Source: Candidatus Saccharimonadota bacterium (GTDB taxonomy: Bacteria; Patescibacteriota; Saccharimonadia; Saccharimonadales; Saccharimonadaceae). Taken from it: DNA of 64,000 bases. Within the stretch, counting starts at the first letter, position 1. Every line of letters begins with the position of its first letter. The notes below the pieces were generated by a model, which was given only the letters and a program-made list of their open reading frames with translations, was not told the origin of the DNA and made no database searches. The DNA lies in NCBI GenBank assembly GCA_017432025.1, contig JAFRJX010000004.1, positions 1,028-65,027 of the forward strand, given 5' to 3'. Made by a program: the position numbers and the translations under genes. Shown here one piece after another: positions 28,064-38,018 of this stretch.

Positions 28064-29972
28064 TCCAGAAAGCTTCCCAAGCGGGGAACCAGCCGACGAA
28101 AAAGCTCCAGTCGAAGCTCCAGCAGCTACCGCCGAAACCGGAACCGACGAATCCGAAGTGATTGGCGAAAAAGAGCGCAAGACTTATGAGGAACGTGGCG
28201 AAAAAGCCTTAGAAGCCGATAAAGCGACTGCTGCTGAAAAATCCACCAGAGCTGAGCTCGAAAAAGAGCGCGAAAAGCTCATGGAAGAGATTAAAATGTT
28301 AAAAATGCGCCGTGAACTCCTGATTAAGTACGGTGCCACACCAAAAGCTGAAAGAGTTAGTGATGACAAACCGGAAGAGACCACTTCCGAATCTGATTCA
28401 GCCGCCGCTACCGCTGCTGCCGCTGCTATAGCCGGAGCTGCAGCTGCCGCCGGAGCCGAAAAGCCAACCAGCGAATCTAAACCAGAGGGAACTGCCGAAG
28501 ACGAACCGGCTTCCCCAGAAGACATTAAAGAAGTTAAAAAGCGCGCCAAAAAGAACAGCGCTGCTCGTAAATACGCCGCCGGCGTTTGTGCGCTCATCGC
28601 TGCTGCCGGTATCGGTCTTGGTATTTGGGGTGCCGCTAAAGGTAACAGAGCCGATGATGCATCTTTGAACGGCACACCTGCTGTTATCACCGTTGCTAAC
28701 GAGACTGGCGAAAGAGAAAAAGGCATTTACGATGGCTATGGCGAAAAGGGTATGTACCTCTCCGAGCATAAGACCAGCGCAGTTGCCTTTGCCAATGCTA
28801 CCGAAGTTGCCGAAGTCTGCAATGCCGACGAAGTCGACATGATCCTTTACACCGCTCACAACCAAGTTGAAAGCTTTGCCGACTATCTCGCCAACCTTCC
28901 TGAAGAACTTCAACCAGATGGCTTCAAGGGCTTAAGCCTCACCGAGACCGAAGCGAAGCTCGAATCGCTTAGCGACGAAGACTTCACTGCCCTCGAAGGT
29001 ACCTTCGCCACTATTATGAATAACGCGTTGACTAGAAGAGTCACCCTTAATGGTCGTTACGATAACGCTTACATGCGTGTTAAGAACCCAGGTCAAGATA
29101 TTGTTCACGAAAACATGGAACTCGTCCGCTGTACAACTAACGAAAACAATCTCGAAGTCACCCAGTTCTACTGGACTGATGCTAGCGGTAGAGAAATTGG
29201 TACTATGACCGTTAAGATGACGCCAATCCGTGACGAAAAAGGCGTAATCTCGAGCTTCAAGGGCTGCGAACAGGTCGTCAACCCAGAAGGCTCCAGCACA
29301 ATCTATACCGGTATGCCTACTATCCCGGATCCAGAGCCTCAGCCGGATCCAGACCCTGATCCTCAGCCAGATCCGGATCCACAGCCAGACCCTGATCCAC
29401 AGCCTGAACCAGAACCAGAGCTTACTCCAAAGAATCCTGATGAAGAAATTGAACACGCTAGCCCGGATGTCGACCCACGTATCCTCGACGAAACCGTCAC
29501 TCCACCAACGACCCTGGAACAAGACCAAGCTAACTTCTCTGCGATTGAACAACAAAGGCAAGAAGATGCCGCTCGCGCCGCCGAAGCTGAACGCGTCGCC
29601 GCTCAGCAAGCCGAAAACGAACGTCAAGCTGCCGTTCAAGCCGAAGCTAGACGTCAAGCTGAAGCTGAAGCTGCCGCTCAACGTTCAGCTCAGGAAGCAG
29701 CCGCTGAAGCTGCTCGCCAAGCCGAAGCTAATCGTGCTGCTGAAGCCGCCGCTCAGGCCGCCGCTCAGGAGCAACAAGCCCGCGCCGCTCAAGAAGCAGC
29801 CGCTGCCCAAGAAGCTGCTCAGCGCCAAGAAGCTCAAAACCAAGCTGACGCCGCCGCTCCAGCCGCTGCCCAAGAAGCCGCTGCTCAGCAAGCTGCTCAA
29901 AATCAAGCTTCTCAAGCTGGACAATCGATGGGCGACTTCAACGCTGACATAATAAACAATGGTGATTTTTAG
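28056..29972 (+). CDS. Type II membrane/surface protein: acidic N-terminal region, TM helix, globular ectodomain, PDPDPQ repeats and Ala/Gln/Glu-rich coiled tail
   Basis: 638-aa ORF, TM ALIAAAGIGLGIWGA, low-complexity repeats visible. Confidence 0.8.
   Translation: MPSPESFPSGEPADEKAPVEAPAATAETGTDESEVIGEKERKTYEERGEKALEADKATAAEKSTRAELEKEREKLMEEIKMLKMRRELLIKYGATPKAERVSDDKPEETTSESDSAAATAAAAAIAGAAAAAGAEKPTSESKPEGTAEDEPASPEDIKEVKKRAKKNSAARKYAAGVCALIAAAGIGLGIWGAAKGNRADDASLNGTPAVITVANETGEREKGIYDGYGEKGMYLSEHKTSAVAFANATEVAEVCNADEVDMILYTAHNQVESFADYLANLPEELQPDGFKGLSLTETEAKLESLSDEDFTALEGTFATIMNNALTRRVTLNGRYDNAYMRVKNPGQDIVHENMELVRCTTNENNLEVTQFYWTDASGREIGTMTVKMTPIRDEKGVISSFKGCEQVVNPEGSSTIYTGMPTIPDPEPQPDPDPDPQPDPDPQPDPDPQPEPEPELTPKNPDEEIEHASPDVDPRILDETVTPPTTLEQDQANFSAIEQQRQEDAARAAEAERVAAQQAENERQAAVQAEARRQAEAEAAAQRSAQEAAAEAARQAEANRAAEAAAQAAAQEQQARAAQEAAAAQEAAQRQEAQNQADAAAPAAAQEAAAQQAAQNQASQAGQSMGDFNADIINNGDF
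29325..29420 (+). repeat. Coding tandem repeat (18-nt units, PDP(D/E)PQ)
   Basis: CCGGATCCAGAGCCTCAG-like units, about 5 imperfect copies. Confidence 0.9.
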
Positions 29973-29993
29973 GAATAACTAGAAAGGAGAAAA

Positions 29994-31406
29994 ATGAGCC
30001 ACAAAAATATCAACTCTAAACACAGCAAGCTAAGGCTAGCTTTAGCTTCCATTCTTGCTGTATTTCTAGCCATTCTTGGCTTGGGTGGGGCAAAAGCTTC
30101 GGCCTGGGGACCGACACGTACAACCTACACCAACGAAAGCCCAGCACCATATGCGACTTTCAACTCCATCACCAACAACGCTGCGGTTGGCGATGAGCGT
30201 AACTTCGTTCGTGTTCGTGAACTTGGCAACAATAGCAAGTACTCTGATCAGGTTGAAGTCACTCCAGGCAAAGAATATGAAGTCTATATTTACTATCATA
30301 ACAATGCTGCCACTAACACCAACGCTAGTGGTCTTGGCTTGGCGACCGCTGCTAAAGTATCATCAGCCTACCCAACCATCCTAAAGACCAGCGAGCGGGG
30401 AATGATTAGCGGTATCATCACTTGGGATTACATCGAAAAGACTACTGACACCACTAAGAAAAATGGCAAAGTTTGGGACGAAGCCTATCTCACTACCAAA
30501 ACCGATGGTGTTGTCATGCGCTACAAGACCGGCACTGCCACTATTCATAATGGTGGTACTACTAACGGCTCGGTGCTTCCTTCTAATCTCTTTACTGAAG
30601 GTGGTACTTACCTTGGCTACAACAAACTCATTGGTAACTTACCAGGTTGTGCCGAATACTCCGGCTACATCACCTACACCCTCGTAGCTGAAAAAACCTC
30701 TGCCACTCTCGAAAAGAAAGTATCTCTCGACGGCACAACTTGGGCTGACACAGTAAACGCCAAACCGGGCGATTATGTCACCTATAGAGTAAAGTTTGAA
30801 AATACTGGTAACACCAACCTTACGAACGTCATCTTCAAAGACGTTCATGATAATGGCCTCACCCTTCGTACTGGTAGCACCAAGATCTTTAACTTAGCCA
30901 ACCAAAACGGCAAGCAAATCGATGACATCATCGACATCAGCGGTTATAATACTGGCGACCTCGCCGCTGGCGCTCTTGTCCAGGTCATTTACCAGGCTCA
31001 GGTATCGACCGACAAGACCTACTGCAAGAAGACTCTTAAAAACACCATTACTGCTAGTTACAATTCCAATCAAAACCAAAAGGATAGTGCTAACGTAGTC
31101 GTAGTCTGCGAAGAAGATCCAACTCCAGCCGAGACTTGTGAAACCAATCCAAATCTCCCAGAGTGTAAGAAGGATTGTACGACCAATCCAGAACTTCCAG
31201 AGTGCCAAGAGGAAGAAACCTGTAAGACTAATCCGAATCTCCCAGGATGCCAAGAAATCCCATCCACTGGTCCAGTCGAAATCGTGCTGGCCTCCGTTGT
31301 GGCAGCCGGTATCTTAGGTGGCGGTCTTTACCTCTATAAGACTCGTAAGACTTTGAAGTCCGTCGAAAGCGCCGTTAAGGGTGAAGACAAGGGTAAAGAG
31401 AAATAA
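29994..31406 (+). CDS. Secreted surface protein with DUF11-like Ig domain, three Cys-Pro repeats and LPXTG-like anchor
   Basis: Signal peptide; AKPGDYVTYRVKFENTGNTNLTNV; CxTNPxLPxC x3; IPSTG + TM + KTRK. Confidence 0.8.
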   Translation: MSHKNINSKHSKLRLALASILAVFLAILGLGGAKASAWGPTRTTYTNESPAPYATFNSITNNAAVGDERNFVRVRELGNNSKYSDQVEVTPGKEYEVYIYYHNNAATNTNASGLGLATAAKVSSAYPTILKTSERGMISGIITWDYIEKTTDTTKKNGKVWDEAYLTTKTDGVVMRYKTGTATIHNGGTTNGSVLPSNLFTEGGTYLGYNKLIGNLPGCAEYSGYITYTLVAEKTSATLEKKVSLDGTTWADTVNAKPGDYVTYRVKFENTGNTNLTNVIFKDVHDNGLTLRTGSTKIFNLANQNGKQIDDIIDISGYNTGDLAAGALVQVIYQAQVSTDKTYCKKTLKNTITASYNSNQNQKDSANVVVVCEEDPTPAETCETNPNLPECKKDCTTNPELPECQEEETCKTNPNLPGCQEIPSTGPVEIVLASVVAAGILGGGLYLYKTRKTLKSVESAVKGEDKGKEK

Positions 31407-31463
31407 CTCTTGTAAATAACCCCTGAATGTGATAAAATATTCAGAGTAACTTAAAGGATTAAT

Positions 31464-31772
31464 ATGAAGAAAGCAGTTATCCTCGTTGGCGGGAAGCAAT
31501 ATCTCGTTGAGGAAAAAGAGACCCTACGGGTGGACCTCCTCCCGGAAGGAACTAAAGAGCTCGAAACTGATGCTTTACTCGTAATTGATGGCGACAAGAC
31601 TACTGTCGGCACACCTACAGTAAAAGGCGTAAAAGTTTCAGCCAAGGTGAAAGCCGCAGAAGTTAAAGGTGACAAAGTCCGCGTGATCCGCTACCACAGC
31701 AAGAAGCGCGTCCACACCGAAACCGGCCATCGCCAAAAGTATTCCGAAATTGAAATCACCAAAATCGGTTAA
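31464..31772 (+). CDS. rplU: 50S ribosomal protein L21
   Basis: AVILVGGKQYLV, GTPTV, GHRQKYSEI. Confidence 0.97.
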   Translation: MKKAVILVGGKQYLVEEKETLRVDLLPEGTKELETDALLVIDGDKTTVGTPTVKGVKVSAKVKAAEVKGDKVRVIRYHSKKRVHTETGHRQKYSEIEITKIG

Positions 31773-31774
31773 CA

Positions 31775-31802
31775 AAATAAGCCCTACCAAGGGCTTATTT
31801 TT
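31775..31802 (+). terminator. Intrinsic terminator after rplU
   Basis: AAATAAGCCCT-acca-AGGGCTTATTT followed by Ts. Confidence 0.85.
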
Positions 31803-31822
31803 GTGTTATAATAATAAGCAGT

Positions 31823-32596
31823 ATGAGTGTGAAGGTAATATGTGTTACTAACCAAAAAGGCGGCGTAGGGAAGACTACGACGGCCGTCAACCTTTGCTAT
31901 TACCTCGCTAGAGATAAATTCCGCACTCTGCTCGTTGATTTCGATCCTCAGGGCAATGCCACCTCTGGCTTAGGCATTGATAAGAACAACGAAGCTTTAA
32001 AGACTACGATGACCGAAGTCATCCTTGGCACCGCTAGTCTATCCGAGGCTATTATTAAGACCAACTACAAGAATTTTGATTTAGCTCCGGCCACACCAGA
32101 ACTCGCCAATGCTGAAGTCGAGATTACCTCGATGGCCAAAAAGTTTGTCCGCCTCCGTGACGCCATCCGTCAGGTCGCCGAAAACTACGATTACATCGTG
32201 ATTGATCTTCCGCCATCCTTATCACTTCTCACCGTCAACGGCATGATTGCTTCAGATTATTTATTGTTACCAGTTCAGACCGAATTTTACGCTCTAGAAG
32301 GCGTTGCACAGCTTCTGGAGTCCATGAAGCTCGTCATGAAGCAGGCCAACCCGAAACTCCGCTTGCTCGGCGTCGTCGCAACGATGTACGACAAGCGCAC
32401 TTCGCTTTCTGCCCAGGTCCTGGCTGAAATCAAGAAATACTTCAAAAACCTTACCTTTAAGACTACCATCCCACGTAACGTTCGCTTAGCTGAGGCTCCA
32501 AGCCACGGCGTGCCGGTCGGTGCGTATGATAAATTTAGCAAAGGCGCCAAAGCCTATAAAGAATTTACTAGAGAAGTAGAGGAGAGAACCAAATGA
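31823..32596 (+). CDS. parA: ParA/Soj ATPase
   Basis: NQKGGVGKTTT, DFDPQGNAT, IDLPPSLS, IPRNVRLAEAPSHG. Confidence 0.96.
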   Translation: MSVKVICVTNQKGGVGKTTTAVNLCYYLARDKFRTLLVDFDPQGNATSGLGIDKNNEALKTTMTEVILGTASLSEAIIKTNYKNFDLAPATPELANAEVEITSMAKKFVRLRDAIRQVAENYDYIVIDLPPSLSLLTVNGMIASDYLLLPVQTEFYALEGVAQLLESMKLVMKQANPKLRLLGVVATMYDKRTSLSAQVLAEIKKYFKNLTFKTTIPRNVRLAEAPSHGVPVGAYDKFSKGAKAYKEFTREVEERTK

Positions 32597-33438
32597 GCAT
32601 GAAAGGTCTTGGCCGTGGATTTGAATCCCTCATTCCAACCGATTTAGTTGATGATGAATTTGATCCAACTGCCACCGAAGATAAGAAATCGAGTGATTTA
32701 AAAGAATTAAAACTCGAAGATATTATTCGCGATGAAGAACAGCCGCGTCGTGATTTTGATGAAGAAGCGATTAACGCTTTAGCTGCTTCCATTAAAGAAC
32801 ATGGCGTGCTCCAACCAATCGTTGTCACGAAGGAAGACGGCAAATATAAGATTGTCGCTGGCGAACGTCGTTGGCGCGCTTCGAAAGTCGCTGGACTTAA
32901 AACTATTCCAGCCATCGTCCGTACGCTTGATTCCCAGAATCGCCTTGAGCTTTCCATCATCGAGAACGCTCAGCGTGAAGATTTGAACGCCATTGAACTC
33001 GCGACTGCTTACGCCAAACTCAAGAATCAATTCAACCTCTCGACCGAAGACATCGCCGCCAAGGTTGGTAAAAGCGAAACCACCGTGCTTGGCACCATGC
33101 GTCTCTTAAATCTTCCAGACGATGTTAAGAAAATCATGGTCAAAGAAAAACTTACCGAAGGCGTCATGCGTCCGCTCGTTTCCGCTGACGAAAAAACTAT
33201 TAATAAGATTCTGCCAAAGATTATTAGCGAAGGCTGGACCGCGCGTAAAGTCGAGCGTTTCATGGCTACCAACAAGCCGCATTCCTCAACTGTTTTAACT
33301 AAAGCTCATCAATATCACAAAGAAGAAGATGCTCTCGAAAAGAAATACGGCTCGGTTGCCAAAGTTACCGGCCGCACCCTTACCTTTAAGTGCAAGAATG
33401 ACGAAGAATTGAAGAAACTGATCAAATCTCTGTTATAA
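32593..33438 (+). CDS. parB: ParB/Spo0J partition protein
   Basis: KGLGRGFESLI, QPRRDFD, GVLQPI, VAGERRWRA, IIENAQREDL. Confidence 0.96.
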   Translation: MSMKGLGRGFESLIPTDLVDDEFDPTATEDKKSSDLKELKLEDIIRDEEQPRRDFDEEAINALAASIKEHGVLQPIVVTKEDGKYKIVAGERRWRASKVAGLKTIPAIVRTLDSQNRLELSIIENAQREDLNAIELATAYAKLKNQFNLSTEDIAAKVGKSETTVLGTMRLLNLPDDVKKIMVKEKLTEGVMRPLVSADEKTINKILPKIISEGWTARKVERFMATNKPHSSTVLTKAHQYHKEEDALEKKYGSVAKVTGRTLTFKCKNDEELKKLIKSLL

Positions 33439-33445
33439 TAGAATT

Positions 33446-34921
33446 ATGAAAGAGAAAGATTCCGCGAGGGTTGAACGCGCGGTAGAGGTCGCCAAAAAGG
33501 CCCATGAAGGCCAATTTCGTAAAACTGGCGAACCATATATTATTCATCCGCTAGCTGTCAAAAAAATTCTCGAAGAGTGGGGTATGGATGAAGATACAAT
33601 TATTGCTGGCATCCTTCATGATACGATTGAAGACACTGATTTAACGCTTGACGATATCCGTAATGAATTTGGTGAATCCGTCGCCTTTCTCGTGGATGGC
33701 GTCACGAAGCTTTCTACGGCCCGTACCGGCATGCGTGACATCGACACCTATCTTCCGGAGACCAAAGACAACTTCCTCCGCCTGATGATTGCGCTTGGTG
33801 ATGATATTCGAGTCCTGATTATTAAGCTCGCTGATCGTCTCCATAATCTTCGCACTCTTTCCGCTCTTCCACCGGAGAAACAAAAGAAGATTGCTAAAGA
33901 ATCGCTCGAAGTTTTCGCGCCCCTCGCCGACCGTCTCAATATGGGGCGCCTCCGCGTCGAGATGGCTGACCTCGCCTTTAAATACGTCGACCCGAAACGC
34001 TTTGAAGAACTCAGTAACATCATTGAAAAATACAATAAATCCGCCGAGCGGTCTTTGAAACAAATCGAAAAGGAAATTGGCGATGCTCTGAAAAAAGAGA
34101 AGATTAAATTCGAAATCTCCGGCCGCGTTAAATCCGTTTATTCATTACATAAGAAACTCGCGAAGCACAATCAAAACATCAACGAGATTTACGATCTCAC
34201 CGCCCTTCGCATCATTGTGGACGACGTCACCGACTGTTATCTAACTCTCGGTATCATTCATTCGCTCTATCGCCCGATGGCTGGTCGTATTAAAGACTAC
34301 ATTGCCACACCAAAGCAGAATGGTTATCAATCCATCCACACGACCGTTATCACCAAAGACAAGCATGTCGTCGAATTTCAGATTCGCACGCGCGAAATGC
34401 ATGAATACGCCGAACGTGGTCTTGCCGCCAGCTTCTATTACAACGAGCAGAAACTTACTGAGAATTACAAAAAAGGGAAGATCGAACATCTCCCGACCAA
34501 TCTTCTTTGGATTACCGAACTTCAAATGACCGCCGCCCGTCTCCGCGAAGGTAAAAAAGTCGATTTGAAAAAACTAAAACTCAACTTATTTGCTGATAAG
34601 ATTTTCGTTTACACGCCAAAAGGTGACATTATTGATTTACCAAAAGGCGCCCTCCCGCTCGATTTTGCTTATCGCTTGCATTCCGAAATCGGCGATCACG
34701 TTGTTGGTGTAAAAATCAATGGCAAAATGAGTAATCTGAACAAAAAACTTGAGCAGGGTGATATCGTAGAAATTCTCACGTCCAAAAACCAAACGCCAAA
34801 AGTCTCTTGGCTTGAAAAGATTTTTACCCCTCATGCTCGTCATAAACTACTCCATACTTTGAACGATAATTCTCGGAATAGTACACCGGAACGCCCAATT
34901 CCACCAACTAGAAAAAAATAA
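33446..34921 (+). CDS. rel: RelA/SpoT homolog (HD hydrolase + synthetase + TGS; C-terminal regulatory domains absent)
   Basis: RKTGEPYIIHP, LHDTIED, KLADRLHN, RVKSVYS, NGYQSIHT, EFQIRT, FVYTPKG...LDFAYRLH. Confidence 0.92.
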   Translation: MKEKDSARVERAVEVAKKAHEGQFRKTGEPYIIHPLAVKKILEEWGMDEDTIIAGILHDTIEDTDLTLDDIRNEFGESVAFLVDGVTKLSTARTGMRDIDTYLPETKDNFLRLMIALGDDIRVLIIKLADRLHNLRTLSALPPEKQKKIAKESLEVFAPLADRLNMGRLRVEMADLAFKYVDPKRFEELSNIIEKYNKSAERSLKQIEKEIGDALKKEKIKFEISGRVKSVYSLHKKLAKHNQNINEIYDLTALRIIVDDVTDCYLTLGIIHSLYRPMAGRIKDYIATPKQNGYQSIHTTVITKDKHVVEFQIRTREMHEYAERGLAASFYYNEQKLTENYKKGKIEHLPTNLLWITELQMTAARLREGKKVDLKKLKLNLFADKIFVYTPKGDIIDLPKGALPLDFAYRLHSEIGDHVVGVKINGKMSNLNKKLEQGDIVEILTSKNQTPKVSWLEKIFTPHARHKLLHTLNDNSRNSTPERPIPPTRKK

Positions 34922-34977
34922 TTGTTCGTTTTCAAAACATTTGTGCTATAATTATTTTTAGCAAAAGGAGGTATTTT

Positions 34978-35193
34978 GTGAAGTCAAAGTATAAGAACAT
35001 TTTCTTTGTCCTAAGCCTGATTGCTAGTCTGGCCGTTAGCGCATTGATCCCTGTTGCTTGTACATTTGCAGAAGATGTCGTTGGTACTGAAAAAATCAGT
35101 AGTGCAAATTACAGTATGCTAATTGCGTCTGTTATTCTACTGACTTCCATCATTCTTACCACAGCGACGATTCGCCGTTTTCTGCATAAATAA
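34978..35193 (+). CDS. Small hypothetical membrane protein
   Basis: GTG start with AGGAGG RBS, signal-like N-terminus and a C-terminal TM helix. Confidence 0.6.
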   Translation: MKSKYKNIFFVLSLIASLAVSALIPVACTFAEDVVGTEKISSANYSMLIASVILLTSIILTTATIRRFLHK

Positions 35194-35221
35194 AAAGATA
35201 GCCCCTCGGGGCTGTTTTTTT
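35192..35221. terminator. Probably bidirectional terminator between the small ORF and tRNA-Thr
   Basis: A-tract, AGCCC-ctcg-GGGCT hairpin, T-tract. Confidence 0.7.
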
Positions 35222-35233
35222 GTTCGTAAAAAA

Positions 35234-35309
35234 TGGAGCCGATGGCAGGGATCGAACCTGTGACCTGCTCGTTACGAATGAGCTGCTCTACCAACTGAGC
35301 TACATCGGC
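35234..35309 (-). tRNA. tRNA-Thr(CGT)
   Basis: Reverse complement GCCGATG...CATCGGC-TCCA, anticodon loop TT-CGT-AA, GTTCGAT T-loop. Confidence 0.97.
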
Positions 35310-35364
35310 ACTTTTCATATTATATCACAAATGTGCTATAATAAATACAATTAAGGAGAGAAAC

Positions 35365-36024
35365 ATGTCTAAGGTGGATATTATTAAGCGTCCGGTCGAA
35401 CAGGCTGGCAGTAATATCAAAAGAAGGGCCTGGTCAGCAATTATTGAATCGGCCGTTATTCTTATTATTGGTATTCTCTTCGTTTTCTGGCCAGATGAGA
35501 TGAAGAAACTTCTTGCTTATCTCGTTGGTGCGTTCTGTATTATTAGAGGTGGCGTCCAAATTATCAGCTACTATATGGTCGAAAAAGGCCAAAATGATTT
35601 CTTCAATAATAATCTTTTATATGGTGTTGTCACGGTCGTCGTTGGTATTGCCGCACTTTGTATCGGTGAAAAAGTTGCCGATATTTTCCGTATTGTGATT
35701 GGTATCATCATTATTTACGAATCACTTGTTCGTATTGATGCGGCCGTTAAACTCCACAATGCCAAAATCAAAGCCTGGCAAGTCTTACTCGTCATTGCTC
35801 TTGCTATGCTCGTGATGGGTATTTTTGTCACCTTCTACTCCGGTGCAATTATGCAACTATTTGGTTGGATGATGGTCTTAACTGGTCTTGTTGGTATTAT
35901 CGGCGATGTCGTATTTATCAAACATGTAAATATTATTATCGATAAAATCACCGGCCAGGCTAAAGCTCACGAAGCAAAAGAAAAATACGCCGACGTTGAG
36001 GAAGCTGAAATTAAAGAAGACTAA
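35365..36024 (+). CDS. HdeD/DUF308-like membrane protein
   Basis: Six TM helices in the paired pattern typical of DUF308 repeats. Confidence 0.7.
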   Translation: MSKVDIIKRPVEQAGSNIKRRAWSAIIESAVILIIGILFVFWPDEMKKLLAYLVGAFCIIRGGVQIISYYMVEKGQNDFFNNNLLYGVVTVVVGIAALCIGEKVADIFRIVIGIIIIYESLVRIDAAVKLHNAKIKAWQVLLVIALAMLVMGIFVTFYSGAIMQLFGWMMVLTGLVGIIGDVVFIKHVNIIIDKITGQAKAHEAKEKYADVEEAEIKED

Positions 36025-36025
36025 A

Positions 36026-36388
36026 ATGAAATACCTCGCGGAAGACATCAAAAAGATTTATCTGCATGAACGCTTCATGTTGGTTTTGATGATCATTAAT
36101 CTGCTTGGTTCAATTGTTTTATTCATTTATAACATCCTGCATCTCCACACTGAAAGCGCCATCGTCAAAGTTGGTTATGGCGACATTGGTGGCTACCGCA
36201 GCGGTTCCTGGACGGATATGCTGACGTTCCTAATCCTTGCCGTTATCCTTGGCATTTTCCATAATATCATCGCCCTCCGCATCTATCATAAACGCGGTGC
36301 GGGCATGACTAAGTTCTTTTTGTTAACCACTAGCCTACTCATTATCGGCGCCTTCATCGTCCTTGCTCGTTTGACGGGAGAAGGTTAA
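36026..36388 (+). CDS. Hypothetical 3-TM membrane protein
   Basis: ORF coupled to the GT2 gene by TAATG. Confidence 0.7.
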   Translation: MKYLAEDIKKIYLHERFMLVLMIINLLGSIVLFIYNILHLHTESAIVKVGYGDIGGYRSGSWTDMLTFLILAVILGIFHNIIALRIYHKRGAGMTKFFLLTTSLLIIGAFIVLARLTGEG

Positions 36389-38010
36389 TGCGTAGGAATC
36401 TTGAGATTCCGCAAGGTAAGCGCACCCGCTCTTATCGCTTTTTCGAAATTTTGCCAGGCTTTTGTTCCTACGGCGCCATCATCCTATTATTTCTCTTGTC
36501 CTGGCTCTCGCCAGTGATTGGTGCAATTTATTTGTTCACGCTCATTGCGACCACATTAGTCAAAGCTATCAGCGTCGCCTATCGCGCCGTGCAAGGTTAT
36601 AACACTATTAAAACTGCCGAAAAAGTGGACTGGCGTAAACGCGTTGAAGATCTTGCGAATCCGCACGAAGCTTTTGAACGCCTTAGAAATAGCGATTCAA
36701 AGAGCTATAAACTCGACGAACATATCGAAAATCTCAAACTCATGGCGGCCATGGCCAAAGAATATCCAAATCCAGAAAAAATCTATCACGCCGTGATTGT
36801 TACTGCCTACGACGAAGGATATGAAATCATTCAACCGTCCATTATGGCCATTTCCAAAAACACTTTTCCGAACGAACGCATCATTGTGGTCCTAGCTTAC
36901 GAAGAACGTGGCGGGGAAGCAATTGAACAAACTGCGAAAAGACTCCGTGCCGAATTTAAGACTACCTTTAAGGATTTTCTCATCGTTAAACACCCAGACG
37001 GCTTACCAGGCGAAATCGTTGGTAAAGGTCCAAACTTAACTTATGCCGGCGAACGCCTCGCTGAATATGTCAAGAACAAACATCTCCCAGTCGAGAATGT
37101 CATTGTAACTTCACTCGATAGTGATAATCAAATGGGCGAGAAATACCTCGATGCCGTCGCCTATGAATTTATTGTTCATCCAAATCGTCAACGCTTAAGC
37201 TACCAACCGGTCTCGCTCTTCATGAATAATATTTGGGATGCTCCGGCACCAACTCGTGTCGTCGCCGTGTCGAACTCCTTCTTTAATGTGATTACTACTA
37301 TGCGCCCGCACGTGCTCCGTAACTTTGCTTCGCACTCGCAACCACTCCAAGCCCTCGAAGCCATGCATTTTTGGAGCAAACGCACTATTGTTGAAGACGG
37401 CCACCAATATTGGCGCAGTCTTTTCTTCTTTAGTGGTGACTACACAGTATTACCGATTCGTATTCCGATTTACCAAGATGCCGTCGTCGATGAAACCTTC
37501 CTAAAAACCGTCAAAGCCCAATTCATCCAGGTTCGTCGTTGGTATTATGGCGCTTCGGACGTCGCCTACGTCGGCACCAAACTCTTTACGAAAAGAGAAC
37601 ATCGCATCATGCCATTCTGGCAACTCTTCCCGAAATTCTGGCGTTTACTCGATAGCCACATCACCCTTGCTATCCTCGCTCCTATCGTCGCCTTTGGTGG
37701 TTGGGTTCCGATGATTATGAATATTTCCTCTCACGATATGGTTGCCTATAACCTCCCGAACATCGTCAGTATCGTTGAAACCTTCGCCTCAATTGGTCTT
37801 ATTGTTACCGTCCTCATTTCTCTTAAGATGCTTCCAAAACGTCCCGAAAAGTATCGAAAAAGTAAGAGTATCTCGATGCTTCTGCAGTGGATCTTGATGC
37901 CAGTCACCTCCATCATTTATCAGTCGCTTGCCGCTTTTTACGCTCAGACGCGGCTGATGCTTGGCAAATACATGGAAAAGTTTGATGTTACTAAAAAAGT
38001 TAAAAAGTAA
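36388..38010 (+). CDS. Membrane GT2 glycosyltransferase, processive type
   Basis: TAYDEG, SLDSD (DxD), TIVEDG and QVRRW (QxxRW), flanked by TM segments. Confidence 0.85.
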   Translation: MRRNLEIPQGKRTRSYRFFEILPGFCSYGAIILLFLLSWLSPVIGAIYLFTLIATTLVKAISVAYRAVQGYNTIKTAEKVDWRKRVEDLANPHEAFERLRNSDSKSYKLDEHIENLKLMAAMAKEYPNPEKIYHAVIVTAYDEGYEIIQPSIMAISKNTFPNERIIVVLAYEERGGEAIEQTAKRLRAEFKTTFKDFLIVKHPDGLPGEIVGKGPNLTYAGERLAEYVKNKHLPVENVIVTSLDSDNQMGEKYLDAVAYEFIVHPNRQRLSYQPVSLFMNNIWDAPAPTRVVAVSNSFFNVITTMRPHVLRNFASHSQPLQALEAMHFWSKRTIVEDGHQYWRSLFFFSGDYTVLPIRIPIYQDAVVDETFLKTVKAQFIQVRRWYYGASDVAYVGTKLFTKREHRIMPFWQLFPKFWRLLDSHITLAILAPIVAFGGWVPMIMNISSHDMVAYNLPNIVSIVETFASIGLIVTVLISLKMLPKRPEKYRKSKSISMLLQWILMPVTSIIYQSLAAFYAQTRLMLGKYMEKFDVTKKVKK

Positions 38011-38018
38011 GGAGAAAT

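Noticed and set aside
29325-29420. Short regular repeats as a CRISPR array
   Set aside because: In-frame 18-nt coding repeats with no unique spacers; no cas genes.
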